Shown one piece after another: positions 19,150-28,751 of a stretch of 32,000 nucleotides of DNA. Under the pieces are notes generated by a model that was given only the letters and a program-made list of their open reading frames with translations, was not told the origin of the DNA and ran no database searches. This stretch comes from Vibrio cholerae ATCC 14035 (lineage in GTDB: Bacteria > Pseudomonadota > Gammaproteobacteria > Enterobacterales > Vibrionaceae), in the NCBI RefSeq assembly GCF_000621645.1, contig NZ_JHXR01000017.1:64459-96458 (forward strand). Direction: 5' to 3'. Both the position numbers and the translations under genes were made by a program. Position 1 is the first letter of the stretch. Each line of letters begins with the position of its first letter.

Positions 19150-19860
19150 TTAAGCGTTGCGGCTGTAATCGCGCTCGCCGAAAATCGCGGTACCAATACG
19201 CACTATGGTGCTGCCTGCTTCAATCGCTGCTTGCATGTCGCCACTCATACCCATGGATAAGGTGTCAATCTGCGGGTATTTCTGAGCCAGTTGTTGCTGC
19301 AATTCGGCTAATTGGGAAAATGCCGCCAGTTGCGCAGGGTAATCCGGCACGTTCTCAGGAATTGACATCAGCCCTCTTAAGGTGAGGTTTGGCAGACGAG
19401 AAATCAATTCAGCTAATGTAAATAATTGCTGCGGTTCGATGCCAGATTTTGAGGCTTCACCGCTGGTGTTGACCTGAATCAGCACTTGCAGCGGTGGCAT
19501 ATCCACAGGGCGCTGTTCACTGAGGCGCAAGGCAATTTTCTCGCGATCAATGGTGTGAACCCAGTCAAAATGCTCTGCCACTAAGCGCGTTTTATTCGAC
19601 TGTAGTGGACCGATAAAGTGCCACTCCAGTGCTAACTGCGGGTGATGTTCGGCAAAATAGCGGATTTTATCCACGCCTTCCTGCACATAATTCTCACCAA
19701 AGTAGCGTTGACCTGCTTGAGTCGCCTCAAGAATTGCCTCGACGGGTTTAGTTTTACTTACCGCGAGAAGTTGCACACTGCTTCGAGCGCGTCCACACTT
19801 TTGTTGTGCGCTCTCAATCTGTGCAGTGATATGTTCAATGTTTTGTTGAATACTACGCAT
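19150..19860 (-). CDS. yggS: PLP-homeostasis protein YggS (PLPBP family)
   Basis: 236 aa with the conserved AVSKTK PLP-lysine motif and HFIGPLQSNK. Confidence 0.92.
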   Translation of the reverse strand: MRSIQQNIEHITAQIESAQQKCGRARSSVQLLAVSKTKPVEAILEATQAGQRYFGENYVQEGVDKIRYFAEHHPQLALEWHFIGPLQSNKTRLVAEHFDWVHTIDREKIALRLSEQRPVDMPPLQVLIQVNTSGEASKSGIEPQQLFTLAELISRLPNLTLRGLMSIPENVPDYPAQLAAFSQLAELQQQLAQKYPQIDTLSMGMSGDMQAAIEAGSTIVRIGTAIFGERDYSRNA

Positions 19861-19885
19861 AGCCAGACTTTATTAAGGAATTTAA

Positions 19886-20923
19886 ATGGATATCGCTGAG
19901 TTACTGGAATTTAGTGTAAAACATAACGCCTCAGATCTACATCTTTCCGCAGGTGTTCCGCCTATGGTACGGATTGATGGCGAAGTTAGGAAGCTTGGCG
20001 TGCCTGCTTTTACCCATTCTGATGTACATCGCTTGATTTTTGAGATCATGAATGATGCCCAGCGCAGTGAATATGAAGAGAAATTAGAAGTCGATTTTTC
20101 TTTTGAACTGCCTAATGTTGGCCGTTTCCGGGTTAACGCGTTTCATCAAGCGCGCGGATGCTCGGCGGTGTTTCGTACCATTCCCACTGTCATCCCGACG
20201 CTAGAGCAACTGGATGCTCCTGAAATCTTCAGCAAAATTGCCAATTATGAAAAAGGGTTAGTTTTAGTGACTGGGCCAACGGGCTCGGGTAAGTCGACGA
20301 CCTTGGCGGCGATGGTGAACTATGTCAATGCTCATCACAATAAGCATATTTTGACCATTGAAGATCCGATTGAATTTGTGCACAGCAACAATAAGTGTTT
20401 GATCAACCAACGCGAAGTGCACCGTGATACCCACAGTTTTAAAAATGCATTGCGCTCGGCATTGCGTGAAGACCCAGATGTGATCCTCGTCGGTGAGCTG
20501 CGTGACCAAGAAACCATTAGCTTGGCGCTTACTGCGGCAGAAACCGGTCACTTGGTGTTTGGCACTCTACACACCAGCTCGGCGGCGAAAACTATTGACC
20601 GGATTATCGATGTTTTTCCGGGCAGCGACAAAGACATGGTGCGTTCCATGCTGTCGGAATCGCTGCGTGCGGTTATTGCGCAAAAACTCCTAAAACGCGT
20701 CGGGGGTGGCCGTGTCGCGTGTCATGAAATCATGCTGGCAACGCCAGCGATCCGGAACTTGATCCGTGAAGATAAAGTGGCGCAGATGTATTCGATCATC
20801 CAAACCGGTGCCGCACACGGCATGCAAACCATGGAGCAAAACGCCAAACAGCTGATCGCTCGTGGTGTGGTGGATGCGCAAGAAGTACAGAGCAAAATCG
20901 AGTTGGATTTAAAAGCATTTTAG
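19886..20923 (+). CDS. pilT: Type IV pilus retraction ATPase PilT
   Basis: 345 aa with Walker A GPTGSGKST, Walker B DVILVGELRD, and the PilT signature AIRNLIRE. Confidence 0.95.
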   Translation: MDIAELLEFSVKHNASDLHLSAGVPPMVRIDGEVRKLGVPAFTHSDVHRLIFEIMNDAQRSEYEEKLEVDFSFELPNVGRFRVNAFHQARGCSAVFRTIPTVIPTLEQLDAPEIFSKIANYEKGLVLVTGPTGSGKSTTLAAMVNYVNAHHNKHILTIEDPIEFVHSNNKCLINQREVHRDTHSFKNALRSALREDPDVILVGELRDQETISLALTAAETGHLVFGTLHTSSAAKTIDRIIDVFPGSDKDMVRSMLSESLRAVIAQKLLKRVGGGRVACHEIMLATPAIRNLIREDKVAQMYSIIQTGAAHGMQTMEQNAKQLIARGVVDAQEVQSKIELDLKAF

Positions 20924-20937
20924 GTAGGTAAAGACAG

Positions 20938-22044
20938 ATGGAGTTGAATCAATATCTGGATAGCATGCTGACTCATAAAGCATCGGATCTGTACATTACG
21001 GTGGGTGCACCGATTTTGTATCGAGTCGATGGTGAATTGCGTGCACAAGGTGAAGCGCTCAGCGTGGCGGATGTGACGGCCTTATTGCATGCGATGATGG
21101 ATGACGCAAGGCAAGCAGAATTTAAGCAGACGCGCGAAGCGAACTTTGCTGTGGTGCGTGACAGTGGCCGTTTTCGGGTCAGTGCATTTTTCCAACGTGA
21201 ATTGCCGGGGGCGGTGATCCGCCGGATTGAAACGCGCATTCCCACCTTTGAAGAACTGAAATTGCCTGAAGTGCTGCAAAATTTGGCGATTGCCAAACGC
21301 GGTTTAGTGTTGGTGGTTGGCGCAACCGGTTCGGGTAAATCGACCACTATGGCAGCCATGACTGGCTATCGTAATCAGCATCGCACCGGGCATATTTTGA
21401 CGGTCGAAGATCCCATTGAGTTTGTACATGAACATAAGCGCTGTATCGTGACGCAGCGAGAAGTCGGGCTGGATACCGAAAGTTATGAAGTGGCGCTGAA
21501 AAACTCGCTGCGCCAAGCCCCCGATATGATTTTGATTGGTGAAATCCGCAGCCGAGAAACCATGGAATACGCGATGACTTTCGCGGAAACGGGGCATTTG
21601 TGTATGGCCACGCTGCACGCCAATAACGCCAACCAAGCGTTAGAGCGGATTTTGCATTTAGTGCCGAAAGAGCAGCGTGAGCAGTTTTTGCTCGATTTGT
21701 CACTCAACCTCAAAGGCGTGATTGCCCAGCAATTATTGCGCGATAAAAATGGCAAAGGTCGACATGGGGTGTTTGAAGTGTTGCTCAATAGCCCGCGTAT
21801 CGCGGATTTAATTCGCCGCGGTGAACTGCATGAGCTGAAAGCGACCATGGCTCGTTCGCAAGAAGTGGGGATGCAAACTTTCGATCAAGCCTTATACCAG
21901 CTTGTGGTGGATGACAAAATCAGTGAGCAAGATGCCCTGCACAGTGCCGATTCAGCCAACGATCTGCGTTTGATGCTCAAAACCAAGCGTGGTGATGACT
22001 ACGGCAGCGGCTCTTTGCAGAATGTGAAGATTGATATGGAGTAG
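20938..22044 (+). CDS. pilU: PilT-family ATPase PilU
   Basis: 368 aa with Walker A GATGSGKST. It is a PilT paralogue lacking the AIRNLIRE motif (it has PRIADLIRRGE). It starts 15 nt after pilT. Confidence 0.92.
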   Translation: MELNQYLDSMLTHKASDLYITVGAPILYRVDGELRAQGEALSVADVTALLHAMMDDARQAEFKQTREANFAVVRDSGRFRVSAFFQRELPGAVIRRIETRIPTFEELKLPEVLQNLAIAKRGLVLVVGATGSGKSTTMAAMTGYRNQHRTGHILTVEDPIEFVHEHKRCIVTQREVGLDTESYEVALKNSLRQAPDMILIGEIRSRETMEYAMTFAETGHLCMATLHANNANQALERILHLVPKEQREQFLLDLSLNLKGVIAQQLLRDKNGKGRHGVFEVLLNSPRIADLIRRGELHELKATMARSQEVGMQTFDQALYQLVVDDKISEQDALHSADSANDLRLMLKTKRGDDYGSGSLQNVKIDME

Positions 22045-22060
22045 CGATGGTTACTTTGTG

Positions 22061-22102
22061 CGCTTTGCTTTTACGCCCTGCAACTCAAGCGAGTTTGGGA
22101 TA
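22061..22102. repeat. Degenerate right-arm remnant of an ERIC-type repeat
   Basis: GCTTTGCTTTTACGCCCTGCAACTCAAGCGAGTTTGGGATA aligns with the right arm of copies B and C (TTGCCGCCTnnCTGCAACTnCAAGnnGTTTGGGTAT). No left arm or core is present. Confidence 0.55.
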
Positions 22103-22161
22103 GAGCTTCGAGTCTGGATTGGGCATACTGCCACTTTCTCGGCTGAATGGGTGGAGTGCGC

Positions 22162-22959
22162 ATGCCGATCACGACTCAAGAGTATCTCGCATTAGGTGAC
22201 GCGATTGCGGCGTTAAAGACGCCGCAATTTACGTCGCATCTTGTGGCAGTGCTACGCTGTATTGCCGATTTTGATTGCGCGGTGATCTTGGGCTATCGTC
22301 CCAACAAACATCCGATTTATCTGTATGACTCGCTCTCGATCCAGCGTGAGCTGCTGTTTCAGCGTTATCTGACTCATGCTTATCTTGATGATCCTTTCTA
22401 TAGCGCTTTGCAGCACAACACGCGCTCAGGGGTGTTTCATCTTTCCGATTTAATGCCGCTCAATCCACAGCAAAAAGCCTATCAACACCAGTTTTATGCG
22501 CAAACCGGTTGGCAAGATGAAGTGAGTTTGGTGGTCAATCTTGATGGCGAGCGTTCGATTGTGGTGTATCTCGGCTGCTTTAAGCCGCGCTCTTTTCCAC
22601 GCGAACAGATTGCCGCGTTGCAACAGCGGTTTACCGTGTTGCAAGCCTTGTGTCAGCAGCATTGGCAGCAGCAGCCACTGCGGTTAGCGGAAAGTGCGCA
22701 GCCAAGCCAAGAGTTACGGACTTGGGTTGAACAGGCGATCCAGAGTTTTGGCGCGCAGCGTTTAAGCCCGCGAGAGCAGGAGATCACCGCACTGCTCATC
22801 CAAGGTTTAGACTCACAAGAAATTGCCGATGCGCTGGCCATCAGCCACGGCACAGTCAAAAATCATCGTAAACGCATCTATGCGCAGCTGCATGTCAGCT
22901 CGTTAAGCGAGCTGTTTCAACTGTTTCTCAATCATCTGATTGGCGCAGCCGCGGATTAG
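22162..22959 (+). CDS. LuxR/GerE-family transcriptional regulator with an uncharacterised N-terminal domain of about 195 aa
   Basis: The C-terminal HTH is LSPREQEITALLIQGLDSQEIADALAISHGTVKNHRKRIYAQLHV. There is no receiver-domain phospho-acceptor pattern. The ATG at 22162 is preferred over 22147 because GGAG lies 5 nt upstream of it. Confidence 0.85.
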   Translation: MPITTQEYLALGDAIAALKTPQFTSHLVAVLRCIADFDCAVILGYRPNKHPIYLYDSLSIQRELLFQRYLTHAYLDDPFYSALQHNTRSGVFHLSDLMPLNPQQKAYQHQFYAQTGWQDEVSLVVNLDGERSIVVYLGCFKPRSFPREQIAALQQRFTVLQALCQQHWQQQPLRLAESAQPSQELRTWVEQAIQSFGAQRLSPREQEITALLIQGLDSQEIADALAISHGTVKNHRKRIYAQLHVSSLSELFQLFLNHLIGAAAD

Positions 22960-23067
22960 GCTGTCTCTCTTCCTTCGGTCATCAATCACCAAGATTGTCC
23001 CTTTAGGGACATCGCGCCTCAGGTTTAAAGTTGGTTACTCTGCTTGCCAAGACTTTTGGGAGGCAGA

Positions 23068-24348
23068 ATGAATTCACAGCAACTTTTTGATGATTTACAG
23101 CAGCGCGGTTTGATCGCGCAAAGCACACCTTTGGAGGCGCTGGTTGAGCGCTTTGCCACACCGCAAGTGCTGTATTGCGGTTTTGACCCCACCGCAGGCA
23201 GTTTGCACATCGGTCATTTGGTGCCACTGCTGATGCTTAAGCGTTTTCAAAACGCCGGACATCAAGCGATTGCGCTTATCGGGGGGGCTACAGGCATGAT
23301 TGGCGATCCAAGCTTTAAAGCCAACGAGCGGGTGCTCAATAGTGCGCAAACCGTGCAGCAGTGGGTGAGTGATTTAAGCCAGCAAATCACGCAATTGATG
23401 GTCTCGCAGAGCGAAAACTGCGCATCGCTGATGACCGTCAATAATGCCGATTGGATCGGCAAGATCAATCTGATCGATTTTTTCCGCGATGTGGGCAAGC
23501 ACTTTTCAGTCAATACTATGATTAATCGTGAATCGGTAAAGCAGCGTTTGGCGCGTCCGGATCAAGGCATCTCTTTTACTGAGTTCAGTTACTCTTTGCT
23601 GCAATCTTATGACTTTGCGCATCTCAATCGTGAGTTTGGTTGCGCACTGCAAATTGGTGGCAATGATCAGTGGGGCAATATTGTCAGCGGAATTGATTTG
23701 ACCCGTCGCCTGAATGGGGCTGAGGTGTGTGGTTTAACTCTGCCGCTCATTACCAAATCCGATGGCACTAAATTTGGTAAAACCGAAAGTGGTGCCGTGT
23801 GGCTTGAGAGCAGTAAAACCTCGCCGTATCGCTTCTACCAGTTTTGGTTAAACAGTGATGATGCGGATGTATACCGCTTTTTAGCGTATTACACCTTTTT
23901 GAGCACGGCTGAGATTGAGGAAATCCGCCAAGCCGATGCGTTACGTGCAGGCAAGCCACAAGCGCAGCAGATTTTGGCAGAGCACGTGACCCGTTTTGTG
24001 CATGGTGAAGAGGGACTCGCCGCGGCGCAGCGGATTACTCAAGCGCTGTTTAGCGGGGATGTCAGCTATCTCAGCTTGAGTGAGTTGGCTCAGTTAGAGC
24101 TGGATGGTTTGCCTTGTGTGGCGGCATCACGCAGCGATTCCTTACTCGATTTTCTGCTTAGCTCAGGTTTAGCCAGTTCTAAGCGCCAAGCGCGCGAGTG
24201 GCTGGAGAATGGTGCGATTCGCGTCAATGGTGAGCGAGTACAGCAAGAGGGTGTGTTATCCGGCTTTGCTCTGTTTGATCGCTACTATGTGTTGCAACGC
24301 GGTAAGAAGCAGTTTGCTTTGATCAAATTGGAAGGTTTGGCTGAGTAA
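23068..24348 (+). CDS. tyrS: Tyrosine--tRNA ligase
   Basis: The ORF-track start at 23044 is a TTG. The ATG at 23068 is preceded by GGGAGG. It has the HIGH motif (SLHIGHLVP), the KMSKS-type motif (KFGKTES) and a C-terminal S4 domain. It is collinear with E. coli TyrS. Confidence 0.94.
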   Translation: MNSQQLFDDLQQRGLIAQSTPLEALVERFATPQVLYCGFDPTAGSLHIGHLVPLLMLKRFQNAGHQAIALIGGATGMIGDPSFKANERVLNSAQTVQQWVSDLSQQITQLMVSQSENCASLMTVNNADWIGKINLIDFFRDVGKHFSVNTMINRESVKQRLARPDQGISFTEFSYSLLQSYDFAHLNREFGCALQIGGNDQWGNIVSGIDLTRRLNGAEVCGLTLPLITKSDGTKFGKTESGAVWLESSKTSPYRFYQFWLNSDDADVYRFLAYYTFLSTAEIEEIRQADALRAGKPQAQQILAEHVTRFVHGEEGLAAAQRITQALFSGDVSYLSLSELAQLELDGLPCVAASRSDSLLDFLLSSGLASSKRQAREWLENGAIRVNGERVQQEGVLSGFALFDRYYVLQRGKKQFALIKLEGLAE

Positions 24349-24369
24349 TCACAGCGATTCTACTCGGCC

Positions 24370-24397
24370 AAGAAAAGCAGTGGGGTTAGCCCCACTG
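24370..24397. terminator. Hairpin at the convergent tyrS/ruvX junction (CAGTGGGG-TTAG-CCCCACTG), probably the ruvX terminator
   Basis: 8-bp GC-rich stem. On the minus strand it is followed by CTTTTCTT. It includes the ruvX stop codon. On the plus strand it is followed by ACTTTCAAA, which is a weaker tract. Confidence 0.5.
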
Positions 24398-24808
24398 ACT
24401 TTCAAACCAACTCTCTAGAATAATCACCGCCGATTGGCAGTCCACATTGCCTTTGCTCAGTGCTTTGTAACCGCCCATGGCGAACAGTTCTGCGCGCGCT
24501 TCGGTGGTGGAAAGACGCTCATCATGCAGTTCTACGGGCAAACCAAAACGGCCATGCAAACGCTGAGCGAACTTCTTCGCGCGTGGGGTGATGGTGTCCA
24601 GATCTTTGCCGTGCAGATCGGTAGGCAGGCCAACAATCAATAAATTGGGTTGCCACTCTTTGATCTGTTTTTCAATTTCATCCCAATTGGGGATGCCATC
24701 ATTGGCTTTAAACGCTTTCAGCGGAGACGCCGTGCCCGTGATCTCTTGACCGATTGCACTGCCAATGCTTTTGGTGCCGTAATCAAAGGCCATAACGGTA
24801 CGTGACAT
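24386..24808 (-). CDS. ruvX: Putative pre-16S rRNA nuclease / Holliday-junction-resolvase-like protein RuvX (YqgF)
   Basis: 140 aa ([15 protein letters not shown]...). It shows the YqgF RNase H-like fold pattern and lies downstream of yqgE, as in E. coli. Confidence 0.92.
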
Positions 24809-24851
24809 GCGATATCTCTTTTAATAAAAAATGTTCAATAAAAAATGACAG

Positions 24852-24879
24852 TAAAAATGAGGCTGCGTGATCGCAGCCT
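24852..24879 (-). terminator. Terminator-like hairpin between yqgE and ruvX
   Basis: The minus strand reads AGGCTGCG-ATCA-CGCAGCCT followed by CATTTTTAC, with further T-runs downstream. Confidence 0.5.
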
Positions 24880-24888
24880 TGGATATGG

Positions 24889-25452
24889 TTAGGCGTGTCC
24901 GGCGTCGCTGGAAAGCTGCGCAGGGGAGATGCCGAGTTTTTGAATAGCCTTTTGCCATTTCTCATGCACGGGCGTGTTAAAAATCAGCTCAGGATCCGCT
25001 TCTATGGTGAGCCACGAGTTTTCGGTGAGTTCCACCTCTAACTGGCCAGCAGACCAACCCGAATAGCCCAGCGCGACAATGTAGCCTTCAGGCTCCGCCT
25101 CGGTACCCAGTACAGTGAGAATATCCTTCGAGGTGGTGACGGCGATATCATCGGTCATCTTCATGCTCGATTCATAGTGATCGCGCGGACGATGCAGAAT
25201 AAACCCACGATCTTCCGACACCGGACCACCATTAAACACCGGCTTTTTCAGACTCTCTTGGTGCGATTGTGGGTAAGCGGGCTCAATATCGACCTGCTTG
25301 AGCATGCCGCCGACCGTAATATCGATCGGCGCATTGATCATTAACCCCATCGCACCATCTTGGTTGTGCTCGCAAATATAAATCACGCTGCGCTTGAAGT
25401 AAGGATCCTTCATGCTTGGCATGGCAACCAGAAAATGATTGGTAAGATTCAT
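24889..25452 (-). CDS. yqgE: YqgE/AlgH family protein (UPF0301)
   Basis: The ORF-track start at 25491 is a GTG and would overlap gshB. The ATG at 25452 gives 187 aa ([30 protein letters not shown]...), collinear with E. coli YqgE. Confidence 0.9.
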   Translation of the reverse strand: MNLTNHFLVAMPSMKDPYFKRSVIYICEHNQDGAMGLMINAPIDITVGGMLKQVDIEPAYPQSHQESLKKPVFNGGPVSEDRGFILHRPRDHYESSMKMTDDIAVTTSKDILTVLGTEAEPEGYIVALGYSGWSAGQLEVELTENSWLTIEADPELIFNTPVHEKWQKAIQKLGISPAQLSSDAGHA

Positions 25453-25487
25453 ACTGTGTCCAACCTCTATGTCACTGCTATGGTTGC

Positions 25488-26444
25488 TCACATCGCCGTC
25501 GCTTTTAAGCGACGCTCAATGGCATCCATCAGCTTGCCTGTGATGGAAATATCGTACGCAGCTTCAATCTCTCGAATGCAGGTTGGGCTGGTGACGTTAA
25601 TTTCGGTCAGTTTATCGCCAATGACATCTAAGCCTACAAACAGCAGCCCTTTCTCTTTGAGAGTCGGTGCGACCGCTAGGGCAATTTTCTTATCGGTTTC
25701 ACTCAGTGGGCGTGGCTCACCACGACCGCCGGCCGCCAAGTTACCGCGGGTTTCCCCTTTGGCGGGGATACGCGCCAAGCAGTAAGGCATAGGTTCACCA
25801 TCGACCACCAAAATGCGTTTATCACCGTTGCTGATATCTGGTACAAAGGTCTGCGCCATGCAGTAATTCTGGCCGTGGTTGGTTAAGGTTTCGATGATCA
25901 CTGAGAGGTTTGGATCGCCCTCTTTAACGCGGAAAATCGAAGCACCGCCCATGCCATCGAGGGGTTTTAGAATCACATCCCCATGCTGTTCACGGAAGGC
26001 TTTAATCTTCTCGGCTTTGCGCGTCACCATAGTGATCGGCGTAAGCTCAGGGAACCAAGCGGTGAACAGTTTTTCATTACAATCGCGTAGGCTTTGTGGT
26101 TTGTTCACCACCAATACGCCTTCATCTTCCGCACGTTCCAAAATGTAGGTTGCGTAGATGTATTCGGTGTCGAACGGCGGATCCTTACGCATTAAAATCG
26201 CATCCAATTCAGAAAGGGCGATAGTTTGCTCGGATTTGAATTGATACCAACCGTTGGGATCTTCTTTCAGCTCGACAACCTTGGTATCGGCCAGTGCCAC
26301 ACCTTGCTCTAAGTGTAGATCATTCATTTCCATATAATGGATTTCATAACCGCGACGCTGCGCTTCAAGCATCATGGCAAAGCTGGAATCTTTTTTGATG
26401 TTAATGGAAGCGATGGGATCCATCACAATACCGAGTTTAATCAT
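25488..26444 (-). CDS. gshB: Glutathione synthetase
   Basis: 318 aa. It has an ATP-grasp fold and full-length GshB similarity ([10 protein letters not shown]-type N-terminus, [30 protein letters not shown]). Confidence 0.95.
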   Translation of the reverse strand: MIKLGIVMDPIASINIKKDSSFAMMLEAQRRGYEIHYMEMNDLHLEQGVALADTKVVELKEDPNGWYQFKSEQTIALSELDAILMRKDPPFDTEYIYATYILERAEDEGVLVVNKPQSLRDCNEKLFTAWFPELTPITMVTRKAEKIKAFREQHGDVILKPLDGMGGASIFRVKEGDPNLSVIIETLTNHGQNYCMAQTFVPDISNGDKRILVVDGEPMPYCLARIPAKGETRGNLAAGGRGEPRPLSETDKKIALAVAPTLKEKGLLFVGLDVIGDKLTEINVTSPTCIREIEAAYDISITGKLMDAIERRLKATAM

Positions 26445-26457
26445 GGTTTATCTCCAT

Positions 26458-27189
26458 TTAGCCAAGATCGCCGAAACGAACTTGTAGTGCAGTTATCGCT
26501 GTGAGTGCCGCAGTTTCTGTGCGCAGTACGCGTGGGCCTAACAAGGTTTCTTCAAACTGGTAACGGCGAGTCATATCAATTTCTTCCGCTGACAAGCCGC
26601 CTTCAGGACCAATCAGCAAACGAACTTTGCTCACTGGGGTGGGTAAGGTGTTGATCGAGTATTTAGCGCGTGGGTGCAAATTGAGTTTCAGTGCCTCGGT
26701 GGGTTCTGCACACCAAGCTTCGAGATCCATAATTGGGCGGATTTCTGGCACGGTATTACGGCCACACTGCTCGCAAGCGCTGATCGCAATTTTCTGCCAC
26801 TGCTGGATCTTCTTCTCGAAGCGTTTTTCATCCAGCTTCACGCCACAACGCTCAGAAAGCAGAGGGGTGATGGTAGTGACGCCCAATTCCACCGATTTTT
26901 GGATGGTGAATTCCATCTTATCGCCGCGTGAAATCACCTGCCCAAGATGCAGATCGAGCGGCGATTCAATGCTGTTTTCTACGCGCTCAGTGATATTGAC
27001 CAATACCTGTTTTTTGCCAACTTCACTGATCACGGCTGGGAATTCAGCCCCAAAACCATCAAACAGCAGCACTTCTTGCCCAGCTTGCATACGCAATACG
27101 CGACCGATATGCCCTGCGGCATCTTCACTCAGGGCTACGGTGCCAAGCTGGTGGATCGGTTCTGGATGATAAATTCGAGGGATGCGCAT
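26458..27189 (-). CDS. rsmE: 16S rRNA (uracil1498-N3)-methyltransferase RsmE
   Basis: 243 aa ([11 protein letters not shown]...). It has the SPOUT-type C-terminal motifs ([21 protein letters not shown]). Confidence 0.92.
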   Translation of the reverse strand: MRIPRIYHPEPIHQLGTVALSEDAAGHIGRVLRMQAGQEVLLFDGFGAEFPAVISEVGKKQVLVNITERVENSIESPLDLHLGQVISRGDKMEFTIQKSVELGVTTITPLLSERCGVKLDEKRFEKKIQQWQKIAISACEQCGRNTVPEIRPIMDLEAWCAEPTEALKLNLHPRAKYSINTLPTPVSKVRLLIGPEGGLSAEEIDMTRRYQFEETLLGPRVLRTETAALTAITALQVRFGDLG

Positions 27190-27289
27190 GCGGATAATTC
27201 CTAATCATTAAACGAGGTTACCGTCTTCCAACGTAAAGCGGTAACTTCAGTTGGAAGAGGGATATCTGGCCTCTAACATGGATGCAAGT

Positions 27290-27326
27290 GGGGCAAAATA
27301 CAAGGGGGCAGGGTGAGATTCTGCCC
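27290..27326 (-). terminator. Possible terminator of endA
   Basis: The minus strand reads GGGCAG-AATCTCACC-CTGCCC starting 2 nt after the stop codon. CCTTGTATTTTG follows. The stem is short and the T-run is displaced. Confidence 0.35.
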
Positions 27327-27327
27327 A

Positions 27328-28023
27328 TCAGTTCGGGCATTGCTCACGCACAAAGCGGTTCGAGTTGCCTTGCACTTTTTCGATCTTTTGGTCACGCACA
27401 CATTCCCATTCGCTGACCGGATACTGATTGTTCCACGCCTGCATTAATTGGTTTTGCGCTTTGGAAAGTCGCAAACCGTACTGCTCACTCATGTACAGAT
27501 ATGTACGCGCAATCGCCCCGCGTGCACGCTCTGGCGGCATGGCTGTGCGCTCTTTGAAGTTTACTTGCATTTCGCACTGGCCGTAGGTGACGCCATCAAT
27601 TCCATTCCACTGACTGAAACTGAAGTTGGATCGATTGCCATTCACTTCGCCAATCGCCGGAGTGAGGTTGTGCAGATCGGCTTCCATCTGATTGAACTCA
27701 GGGCTAGTACGAGTGCAGTTTTTACGGCCACCTTGTTGCCAGCATTGCAACTGATGACCAAATTGCCAAGCCGGCACCACATGTTCCCATTCAATCCGCG
27801 AAGCACGATTCTCATTTTTACGCACTTGATAGCCGCAACTCTCCAGATCCGGGATGCCTTTTTTGCCTTGCCAGCGAATCTCGCAGCCGCAGTAAAAAGA
27901 GACCGGATGATCACGATAAATCTTCACCGCTTCATTTTTGGCATGACTAAAAGAGATGGGGGCGGCAAAGGTGAGCAGAGGTAAGCTAGCAGCAAGCGTG
28001 GTAACGAAACGAAAAATCATCAT
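27328..28023 (-). CDS. endA: Periplasmic/extracellular endonuclease I (Vibrio Dns nuclease)
   Basis: 231 aa with signal peptide [22 protein letters not shown]. The Endonuclease_1 family pattern is present ([14 protein letters not shown], RDxxEADLHNLxPAIGEVN). Confidence 0.93.
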   Translation of the reverse strand: MMIFRFVTTLAASLPLLTFAAPISFSHAKNEAVKIYRDHPVSFYCGCEIRWQGKKGIPDLESCGYQVRKNENRASRIEWEHVVPAWQFGHQLQCWQQGGRKNCTRTSPEFNQMEADLHNLTPAIGEVNGNRSNFSFSQWNGIDGVTYGQCEMQVNFKERTAMPPERARGAIARTYLYMSEQYGLRLSKAQNQLMQAWNNQYPVSEWECVRDQKIEKVQGNSNRFVREQCPN

Positions 28024-28152
28024 AAAAGACGTAGATAAGTAGGTTTTTTATCAGTTTAACACTCATAAATTGCCTTTGTCGTTGATGCTTTTGTCAGTTT
28101 TTTTGGCGAGAGCAAGGCAAAACCTATAGAAGTGGCTTCAGCCAATCAAAGG

Positions 28153-28650
<498 letters not shown>

Positions 28651-28671
28651 TCACTTCTATTGCGACGTCAT

Positions 28672-28698
28672 AAAAAAAGCCCTTTCATGAGAAAGGGC
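28672..28698 (-). terminator. Rho-independent terminator of metK
   Basis: The minus strand reads GCCCTTTC-TCAT-GAAAGGGC followed by TTTTTTTA. Confidence 0.75.
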
Positions 28699-28751
28699 CT
28701 TGAACTGTATTGCAATCCTCGCCGTTTGTCAGCGATGAGTTGAAATAATGC

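Noticed and set aside
20973-21848. Stack of overlapping minus-strand ORFs of 65-128 aa
   Set aside because: They are antisense to pilU, whose Walker A and B motifs fix the real frame. The translations are Arg/Ser/Ala-rich noise.
22960-23067. Possible T-box or leader-peptide attenuator upstream of tyrS
   Set aside because: The region is only 108 bp. It has one weak hairpin (GTCCC-TTTA-GGGAC) with no T-run, no specifier-loop or T-box sequence, and no Tyr-rich leader ORF. T-box control is not expected in gammaproteobacteria.
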